DNA of 64,000 nucleotides from Histomonas meleagridis 2922-C6/04-290x (Eukaryota; Protista; Parabasalia): NCBI GenBank assembly GCA_020184695.1, contig JAANOX010000098.1, positions 283,491 to 347,490 of the forward strand, read 5' to 3'. Shown piece by piece: positions 55,146 to 64,000 of this stretch (position 1 is its first letter; each line of letters starts with the position of its first letter). The notes under the pieces were generated by a model. It saw only the letters and a program-made list of their open reading frames with translations, ran no database searches and was not told where the DNA came from. The position numbers and the translations under genes were made by a program.

Positions 55146-56927
55146 ATGGAAAAAAATACAGATAACATTTTTAGATTCCAAAATGGCTACAAATATAATT
55201 TAAATTCCCCTGATAAACCAACATCATTTAGTGTCCTCTCAGACGATCAATCAGGGAAATTTCTACTTTTAGAAACAAATCGTTTTACCGATGATATTTT
55301 TTTATGCAAGACGAATCATTCCAGCGAAGACAACTATGAGTTTTTAGTATGTTTCAGCAAAATTACACCTGTTATTTCTGCATCTTTAAACAAACATGGG
55401 AATCGATTACTTGTTGTTCTTTTACAAACGTGTAATGGTTTTATCAAAACACCTCGTTATATTGTTTCATGTGTTTTAGTTAATACACGACCATGTATTA
55501 AGTATCCATTATCAAATCTTCTTCCAACAACACCAACAGTTAAATGGGTTAACGATGATCATTTTCTTATTAGTACCACATCAGGTGAACTTGAAATGTA
55601 TTGTATTAATTGCGACAATAATTGTTTTTCACTTACCCGAAAGAAGCAATTTTCCGGAAACATTTTTTCATGGGAAATCTTTAATGGAAATCTTGAGCTT
55701 ATTAAACTTGATCCCAAGCCCAAATACATCTGTAATCTTAAAGGTTCCAAACAATCAATTGATTTGCCATCGATACCAGATGGAGTTATTGATAAACGAA
55801 TCATTAAATCCGACAATGGATTATCAGCGATCATATATTTAATACGTACTGGAATCGAAGTACAATTTGTTTCATCTGGAATTAATTTCACTATTGAGTT
55901 TCCATGTGATTTAAGTAACGCGAAACTGAATGGTATTATATTTTATAATTCCGATTTTTTGTTTTTACAATTACCTAATAATGAGTTATTATGTTTACTT
56001 CTTTATGGTAATTCTGAAGTGCGTTCATTGTTCGGATTACCACTTTCTAATGAAGATTTATCAAAAAACATTTCTTTGGTTTCAACTGATAAATTTAATG
56101 GAATTGATTTAATTAGTGGTATGAAATATGATATTTGTTTTGATTATGAATCGATTTTATATGATTTTCCTGAGTTTTTTATGCAGCTTTTACATTTCTC
56201 TTATTTTTATGAGAAAAAAGAAGATTTTCTGAAATATTTAACTATGGATATATTAAAACAATATTGGAATGGTATAATATTCCAAGAAATTTTGTTGATT
56301 TTATTGCGATTAAAATCTTTTCGTTCGAATGATTTCATTCTTAAAATTCTCAATAAAGTTACAACTTTTTGTCCTTTTTATATTAAAAGTTGTTGTTCGA
56401 ATGAGCCAAAAATTAATAAAAAACAAGCAACTCTTAATTGGAAAATGTTAATTGCTTCGTATCCTGCATTAATTGCACCTCATGTTATTAATGAGATATA
56501 TAGCATAATTATAAAAATGAGAATTAGTGATATACCTAAAGATTTAGTTCCTTATACAAGTTTACAATTATTTTCATTATGTTTAAAGTTTAATAAAGCT
56601 CTTAATAGCGAAATATTATTCGGACCTATATTTAGAGAGGCTAAAAAGTTCATGCCAAATAAATATAGTGAATATATGGAATACTTAAAAATTGATAAAA
56701 TTGGTTACAATATAAAATCAAAGCCTTTAAGCGAAAGAAAGTTTAACTTCGATAAGAAAACAACTAAAAAAAGTTGGTGGAACTTAAGAAAAGATTTCGA
56801 TAATATACAAATGGAAGAAAGAGGAAATATGACTGCCTTCGTGAGTATGTTGTATTCACTTGGACAATTGCCACCTACAAATGGAATTACGCCAACATTA
56901 CAAAATTATTATACTAAGTCTTATTAA
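55146..56927 (+). CDS. hypothetical protein (593 aa), beta-rich N-terminal half
   Basis: Long intact ORF; no confident family. Confidence 0.65.
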   Translation: MEKNTDNIFRFQNGYKYNLNSPDKPTSFSVLSDDQSGKFLLLETNRFTDDIFLCKTNHSSEDNYEFLVCFSKITPVISASLNKHGNRLLVVLLQTCNGFIKTPRYIVSCVLVNTRPCIKYPLSNLLPTTPTVKWVNDDHFLISTTSGELEMYCINCDNNCFSLTRKKQFSGNIFSWEIFNGNLELIKLDPKPKYICNLKGSKQSIDLPSIPDGVIDKRIIKSDNGLSAIIYLIRTGIEVQFVSSGINFTIEFPCDLSNAKLNGIIFYNSDFLFLQLPNNELLCLLLYGNSEVRSLFGLPLSNEDLSKNISLVSTDKFNGIDLISGMKYDICFDYESILYDFPEFFMQLLHFSYFYEKKEDFLKYLTMDILKQYWNGIIFQEILLILLRLKSFRSNDFILKILNKVTTFCPFYIKSCCSNEPKINKKQATLNWKMLIASYPALIAPHVINEIYSIIIKMRISDIPKDLVPYTSLQLFSLCLKFNKALNSEILFGPIFREAKKFMPNKYSEYMEYLKIDKIGYNIKSKPLSERKFNFDKKTTKKSWWNLRKDFDNIQMEERGNMTAFVSMLYSLGQLPPTNGITPTLQNYYTKSY

Positions 56928-57351
56928 AATGTTCTTTCAAAAAAATTTATTTTTTTATTATGAGATAATATTTTATTAATAAATAACATGAAAAAAATTA
57001 AATGTTAATTAAACAGAAATTTTTTTAAATCATTTTGAATAAGTTTTTTAGAAAAAAATTGCTTAAATATGTATTTTGAAAATTAAAAATTTGAATTTAT
57101 ACAATTTTTTTAATCTATGTTATTATATTTTCATCATATGAGTAAGTCTATAAATTCTTTATGCTATTGATACATACTGATAATTCAAATTAGGTTGAAA
57201 CAGTTACAGCGATTATTTGCTTGCGAAAAATTTCAGACTGGTTTGGCTTTATTCAAATTTTTATATTAATGGCAAATATGAAATTTCGAAATTGTGCAAT
57301 AATAAAAATCGATATTTTCTAAAATTACTGATAGTTATGAAGAACATATGA

Positions 57352-57475
57352 GCACAAAAAGGTCACATTGAAATAATCAAATTACTTCTTGAACAATAAA
57401 GAATTGATGTTAATGCTAAAGACATATTTTAGTTTTATTTTTTATTTATTTCAATAATATGGAATTTCACAAATA
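57352..57475 (+). pseudogene. solo degenerate ankyrin module plus spacer
   Basis: AQKGHIEIIKLLLEQ*RIDVNAKDI, followed by an AT-rich spacer containing tttcaataatatggaattt. Confidence 0.65.
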
Positions 57476-57568
57476 ATGACGCAACTTTTTGATAAAAAAA
57501 TTAAAAAAATAATTTCGCACACAATTTTCGATATTGTTTTCCGACTTTTTTTATGTTTCGAATTTCAA

Positions 57569-58466
57569 ATGTCATTGATGGAGCAATTACTTGCTGAAGC
57601 TGATACAATATCATCAGCAAATGTTTCAGCCGGAACGAAAAATACATATGTTAGACTGATCTGTGCTTATTCTAAAGTGATGATAAATTTAACACATGAA
57701 AATCCTTTTTCTATTACTCAAAATGGTTGCATTTATTATATTTAAAGAAAATCAGAATTTGAAATGTTGTACGTTATTAGCTTACATTAATAGTTTTACA
57801 CATTATTTTTAACAAAATGACTTAGAAATATTAACACAATCAATAAAATTCAAAATATTTGAGAGTGGAATAAGAAGATCATTATATTCAGGTTTTTGTT
57901 CAAATGCAAAGTCACCATTTCCACCACAATGATTTACAAAAATAATTGAAAAATTTTCACCAACTAATATTGATAATTCAAAGTTTATTATTTTCGTGAT
58001 ATCGTCAATGCTTGCAGCATTTTCCAAAATAAGTGAAGCGCTAAACCTTAAAAAGAGCGACATTGTAATTGAAAATGAAAACTTAATAAAACTCAACATT
58101 CAGACTCCTAAAACAGATCAGTTCGGGAATGGTACATTTACATATATTAATGATAATGAGACAGATTATAGTCCATAACGATTCCTATATTATTTAATTT
58201 TAATTTCTAGTAATGAACACATAGAATCTCTAACTTAATCTACACTCAGATCTCATATTCTTTATGTACTTAGGACTATCGGAGTTGAAGAATATTAAAA
58301 TTATGGATTTCATAGTTCTCTTATAAAGCCGGATATTATGCCTCACTAAAAAATGTTAATGATTGTATCATCGAAGCTCATGAAAGGTGGAAAAGTTCTG
58401 CATATACTAGGTATGTTTCAGTAGACATGAGCAGAGCTGAAATAAACATTACAATTTTTGGAATTT
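57569..58466 (+). pseudogene. degenerate tyrosine recombinase (phage-integrase family; Crypton/DIRS-like)
   Basis: SAGTKNTY N-terminus; KISEALNLKKSDI; TPKTDQFGNG; YGFHS; HERWKSSAYTRYV. Multiple stops and frameshifts. Confidence 0.7.
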
Positions 58467-58518
58467 TAAACTGATATCAAAAAGGTTGTAGCACGATAGG
58501 AGCGATTTTTCATACTGA

Positions 58519-59624
58519 ATGGAAAGAGATCTGACCACAGATTTCAATCTCGAGATTGCTAAAACTAGGGCGGCATATCTTGGTGTGCTTCCAGGAGAAA
58601 TCAAACGACATGCCATTTATAGGTTGTCATTACTTGGATACACTTACAGACAAATTCAAATTGTTGTATATGTATCCCTCACTGCAATCTCAGAGGTGAT
58701 TTCTCAGATAAGAAACACAGGCAAATTTACTGAGAGCCCTCCAGCAAAAATAGGGTGCCCACAAAAGGTTACACAGGAAATCATCAATCGGATTACAGCA
58801 ATGACCGATGAAAACCCTCGAATTATCGGAGATATAGAAATATCTCAGATTTACTTGGGATATGTACGACTTCAGTCAATATTACACGAAATAAAATTGG
58901 CTTTAAATATTTACCGTTAAAAAAGAAATCTTTGTTAACAGATGAACAAATTCATAAGAGGATGATTTATGGATATTCATTATATAATAGCAATATAGAT
59001 TTTAGCACATTATTATTTTAAGACGAATCAAAGATATAGCTCCACTTTGATAATGCGAATTTATGGCAAAAAGAGGGTCACAAAATAAATTTTATAACAG
59101 TATAATGGTATTTGGAATTATCGGGGAAAATTTTAAATCTAAATTGGTTATTTCAAATATATCCATAGATTCGAAACAATATTGTTACAATTTTATTAAG
59201 TCAGGTGTATTAGAATATAATTTTGATAAGTCTCGAATTTTCCAACAGTATGGGGGTCAAAGCCCATACATCATCCTCGTCTTTTACTTGGATGGAAAAA
59301 CGTATGAATATTTTAAATCACTGGCCCGCAAACTCACCAGACCTGTCTCCTATCGAGAATGTGTGGTCTTTGATGGGTCAATATGTTGCGAAAAAAAATC
59401 CAATTATTATCAATGATGTTAAAACATATTGTTCAGAATATTGGAACAATGTTCTAACAATGGAAACAATCAACAACAATCTTTGTAGTGGATTTCGATT
59501 AAGGATCGATGAAATGCTAATTAAAAAAGGACAAAACATTAATGATATCATACGAAATCACCTTGTTGATAAGAATTCCGATATTAATGAAGTACCTCCT
59601 GTGCCCCCTGAATTGGAATTGTGA
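58519..59624 (+). pseudogene. IS630/Tc1/mariner transposase, frameshifted
   Basis: HTH region (LGYTYRQIQIVVYVSLTAIS), F*DESKI, IMVFGIIG, IFQQYG, WPANSPDLSPIENVW, spread over three frames. Confidence 0.85.
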
Positions 59625-59638
59625 GGTGATATGACAAT

Positions 59639-60920
59639 TCACAAAAATGATGAAATTGAAGATAATCGAAATGCCGATTCTCCAATAATTGTAACATCAT
59701 TTGGAATTATAATATTTGTTAACGAAGTGCACGATTCAAATGCAGATGCACAGATTTCTTTAACATTTTCACCAATGGTAACATTTGTTAATTTTTCACA
59801 TAATCTAAACGCCGATTCTCCAATAATTGTAACATTATTTGGAATTATAATATTCGTTATCGTTGATTTATAAAATGCTTCTTTCTCAATCGTTGTGATT
59901 GTATTTGGAATTGTAAATGATTTGTTGTTCTTTGCAGGTCTAAATATGATTCGTGTTATATTTTTATCATAAAGAACTCCATCATTTTCATAATTGGAAT
60001 AATTTAAATTATCTTTAGATACATTTATACATTCAAGATTTGTGCAATCAAAAAATACATTTGATCCAATTAATGAAACTGACTTTGGAATGATAATTTC
60101 TATTAACGAAGTACATGAATAAAATGCTGATGCTCTTATTTCTTTAACATTTTCGCCAATAGTAACATTTGTTAAATTTTTACAATAGTAAAATGCTGAT
60201 GATCCAATGATTTTAACATTATTTGGAATGATTATATTTAGTAACGAAGAACACGATTCAAATGCTGATGCTCCTATTTCTTCAACATTTTCTCCAATGG
60301 TAACATTTGTTAATTTTTCACAGAATTTAAATGCTGATGATCCAATGATTTTAACATTATTTGGAAGTATTATATTGAGTAATGATGAACACGATTCAAA
60401 TGCTGATGCTCCGATTTCTTCAACATTTTCGCCAATTATAACATTTGACAATTGAGAACATGATTTAAATGCTGATGCTCCTATTTCTTCAACATTTTCT
60501 CCAATTATAACATTTGACAATTGAGAACACGATTCAAATGCTGATGATCCAATGATTTTAACATTATTTGGAAGTATTATATTGAGTAATGATGAACACG
60601 ATTCAAATGCTGATGCTCCGATTTCTTCAACATTTTCGCCAATTATAACATTTGACAATTGAGAACATGATTCAAATGCTGATGATCCAATTTCTTTGAC
60701 ACTTTCGCCAATAGTAACATTTAACAAATTATAACATGATTTAAAAATTTCATCTGGAATATGTTCAACATTTTCAATAATGGCATATTTAATTGAATCT
60801 CTATAATATTTAATATCATTAAAATCACTATCACGAGATATTGTTATTGTAGATGTTGTGGAATCATATTTTTGGAAGGTACACGTGAAAAATATTATAA
60901 TAAAAATTAAATAAATATGC
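59639..60920 (-). pseudogene. BspA-like (TpLRR/LRR_5) surface protein fragment, 3'-truncated, no in-frame ATG found
   Basis: More than 10 copies of NV(T/I)IGENVEEIGASAFESC / NIILPNNVKIIGSSAF. The frame extends upstream to signal-like HIYLIFIIIFFTC and ends abruptly beside the transposase stop with no TM. Confidence 0.8.
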
Positions 60921-61898
60921 TCACTTCTTGTATTTAAATTTGATTGAATTTTTTTGATTAAAATATCGTTTTAATAAATTGGTCATAATTTGCTTCAATA
61001 AAATTAACAAAATAACAAAAATTTTGATGAAAAGTAATATAGTTAAATAGTTTAATTGTGAATAAAATATAAAAATTAAGAAATAATTATTAACAATTAT
61101 TTTGTTACATGCAACGTATAATCTATTGGGAATTGATAAATCAGTTGGAAATCTTAAAATGGTGAATATTGTACAAACAAGAAAATTACTTGGAATATTT
61201 AAGAAATGGTAACAATGAGGTGAAGTCATAATTAATGGCATTACGTTTTCCATATCTAAAAGAGAATTCCAGTCTTGCAATGATAGAATTTGCGGGTGAA
61301 GAAGTTTGAATGCCCAGTGAAGATATTTTTGTCAATTCGTTTTTTGATAAAATAAACCACTTAAAAATCAGAATATATTCAAAATCTCGTAAAATCCTAC
61401 ACACAAATTTCAATGTTGAAAATTTTAAAATTAAACATGTTTAACCATATGGTCCGAAACCGCTGGAATGAACATTCACCGTTAAAGTCACAGGGAAGTT
61501 TCTCTGTTTCATTCAACATGCGCATAGATATATTTTGCGGTTCTTATTTCTGAGTTGCTGAAAATATTTGAAAGTTCTTGAAAACAGAACATTGAAATCT
61601 TGATTTATTAAATAATTGGAAATTAGTGTGTATTAGTACAGTATATAACATCCATAAAATCTGTGCATTGCACTTCTCAGCTCGTAGTAAATGCGAGAAT
61701 TTTAAATTTTCAACTTTGTGTTTTTTTAAGTATTTAAAATGAAATATTTAATACATAATTCTTATGCCTTAGAATAAATTCCTATGTATTAATTCCTTTG
61801 AAGCAGAACAAATACATAAAAACTTAAGCAGTCGTAACTCAAAATACAACCGTCACAATTAGCGGTTATTTTTGATGCTCAACAAAATTCAATGAAAG

Positions 61899-62280
61899 TT
61901 AATCCTCACCAAAATCGATTTTCATGAATGGATGGTTCAAAGCTTCTTCTGCCGAAATTCTTTTCTTCGGGTCCAACTGCAACAACCCTTTCAGCAGATC
62001 CAAGAAAACTTTTCGATTTTCGATGTCATTATTTTTATCTTCATCAGGTTCATAACTCATTATTATATCCTCCAACTTCTGATGAACGAAATAAGGTTGA
62101 AATGAAGTAACGAAATCTTCTCCATTCTCTGCGCAAAGTAATTGTGGACTTTTTAATGTTCCATCTGGCATAAACAATTGGATATATCTTGGTGAAGATA
62201 TAACCATTTCTTTAGGGAATTGGCCAATTGTTTGTGCTATTAGAGTTGCAAGATGAAGTTCAGATATTAAACCTGAAATG
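61899..62280 (-). pseudogene. CMGC/DYRK(Yak1)-like kinase C-terminal fragment
   Basis: ISELHLATLIAQTIGQFPKEMV...FLDLLKGLLQLDPKKRISAEEALNHPF (subdomains X-XI only). Confidence 0.7.
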
Positions 62281-62724
62281 AGACAACTAATCGAATCTGT
62301 TTCTGAATCACCAACGAAGAATGTTCCTTGGTCAGAAGATAAAGATCAAAAATAAATCTTGTTCACCTCCTTATATGGTCATAAGTGGCAGCTAACGCCT
62401 CTCCTCTTTGGATCAACAAGAACGCCAGCTCAACTGCGATACAGGAACACTGTACTTAACAACAAAAAAAAGAACTCAATTATTTAAATAAACCATTCAA
62501 TATACTCAGTAGCAAATGTGTAAAAACGATCAAGATTTTAAATATTTTACACGTAAAATGATCGTTGTTCTTTGAGAGAACTGACCGAATAATATAACAA
62601 TAACTTAACGATAAGTGTCTATCGTGCTACAACCTTTTTAACATCAGTTTATATCGAATTTAATATTGTGAACGAAATTATTTTTTTCAATTTTTTCATC
62701 AATTTAAAAAGTGGCTCGATGACA

Positions 62725-62830
62725 ATTCCAAATAATATTCAAGAATCATTTCAATTATCTCACACAGCACTTATAAAAGCATTCGAAAAAGGTGAAATAG
62801 AAACAGCGAAATTACTTTTCGAACAAAAAG
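62725..62830 (+). pseudogene. solo ankyrin module preceded by spacer-like sequence
   Basis: ttccaaataatattcaagaatcatttcaattatct-cac-aca gca ctt; HTALIKAFEKGEIETAKLLFEQK. Confidence 0.6.
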
Positions 62831-63004
62831 AACACTTTAGTATCTTCAATTTCCTGAAAAATCGAATCATAATTTATAATGAAATAAGATTTATTCGTTC
62901 AATAAGGATATATTTTGACAAAATTAATTGTTTTGTTATCATGATTAATTAAATTATTTCTGATAAAGCCCTATAAGTTGTTTAAAAAACTTTTCTGATA
63001 TGAT

Positions 63005-63166
63005 CATTTTTACCATTGATTCGGGAAAACGATAGAAAATTGGTCGAACAAAAATTGACAATATTTGTGTAGAAAATGAGTGTGTGATCACACAAATTCG
63101 TATCGTGGATTCTATGACAGAGTTCTCAGATTTTCTATCGTTTTTTTCGAATAAATGGTAAAAATG
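63005..63166. mobile_element. small MITE-like element
   Basis: catttttaccattgattcgggaaaacgatagaaaat (63005-63040) is an imperfect inverted repeat of 63130-63166; TA-rich right flank. Confidence 0.6.
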
Positions 63167-63735
63167 GGTATATATATATAGTAAAAAATATACAATATAA
63201 TATCAATCACAGTGCTAAATACATTTTAGTATAAAAAGTTGAACAAAGCTTTAATGAGCATTGTTTTGCCACATTACTTGATTCGAAAAAATATAGATAA
63301 ATCACTATTTATGAAGTTACGATTACAATACCTTTTGTAAGTGAATTTTCTATTGTGGTGGAAAAAATACCTAATCCCAAAAGCCAATAGCGAAATTCAT
63401 AGAATTTGATAGAATTTTTGTAATTTTCTCCGATTCGTAAAGAGTTAAATAAGGGGTTAAAAAAATATAAAAGTTAACCTTCAAAATTTTAATGATACTT
63501 TTTACATTCAAAATATCAGTTAATAACAACTTTAAGCTCCAAACATCTAAATCTACATAGGATTAACATCAAAACACTAAAATCCACATAGGATTAACTA
63601 AAGCACTCCATCCGAACTCACGAAAAGCACACATTTAAAAAATAAATGTCATCATGAATTTAAATATATTATATCACTTTCAATCAAAACCAACCGATTT
63701 ATGAGAATAAACCGCGTTTACTCCGTTCATCCTTT

Positions 63736-64000
63736 AGTTTATGTAGCGCGGGATTGAGCGGAGCGTGGAACGCGGAGCTCAATTAGCGCTGTGTGTGTGT
63801 GTGTGAAAATGCTCATTTTCTCCGATTCGGCGAAGATTCACTTTTAGGTTATTTTTAACCCTCAAAATTTTAATGGTACTTTTTTGATGAAAATAGACAT
63901 ATTCATAAAGCATCATCATCAACTTCGTCATCACACACACACACACAGCGCTATGTGAGCTTCGTGCTACGCACTCGCTCCCACCCGCGCTACATAAACT
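63736..64000. mobile_element. GC-rich foldback/MITE-like element with about 70-nt inverted repeats (may extend past the window)
   Basis: agtttatgtagcgcggg...agcgct(gt)n ga at 63736-63807 mirrors tc(ac)n agcgct...cccgcgctacataaact at 63931-64000. Confidence 0.75.

Larger units (their letters stand above)
58467..62651 (+). mobile_element. Tc1/mariner-type DNA transposon with captured host gene fragments
   Basis: 33-nt terminal inverted repeats including outer TA: 58467-58499 taaactgatatcaaaaaggttgtagcacgatag and 62619-62651 (31/33 match). Decayed transposase just inside the left TIR. Confidence 0.85.

Noticed and set aside
55146-56927. GSAP/pigeon-like assignment
   Set aside because: Only one short motif (ISASLNKHGNRLL) is reminiscent; insufficient without a profile search.

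Overview
AT-rich, gene-dense eukaryotic DNA from a parabasalid (Trichomonas/Tritrichomonas/Histomonas-like). This call rests on the parabasalid-type histone H3 tail, DUF3447-type ankyrin genes, BspA-like LRRs and TCAY Inr / AACGGTT promoter motifs; the species cannot be determined. Intact housekeeping genes: a HELQ/POLQ-type helicase (partial), VPS13, H3, H4, a TKL kinase, a Rab, a NOM1-like protein, eRF3, an LCAT-family enzyme, a polyprenol reductase-like protein, VPS26, and TEX264-like and TRIC-like proteins. Between them lie accessory genes, pseudogenes and a transposon cluster at the right end. Standout 1: three paralogous ankyrin genes (27 modules) in which every 33-codon ankyrin repeat is separated from the next by an AT-rich spacer, usually 71 nt, giving a 170-nt period. 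The spacers break the frame, lack GT-AG and parabasalid intron signals, and share a TGGAAAT motif 24 nt before each repeat's Thr codon. Frameshifting indels fall in spacers, not modules. This is a candidate non-canonical intron, bypass or cassette system. Standout 2: a secreted 205-aa precursor with three cationic amphipathic helices between acidic spacers and a C-terminal CTKSIPPKCF loop nearly identical to the SFTI-1/Bowman-Birk trypsin-inhibitor loop. Also present: a Tc1/mariner element with intact TIRs carrying captured BspA and kinase fragments, and a transglutaminase-like surface protein with bacterial GA (albumin-binding)-like repeats. All calls are by eye; no database search was run.
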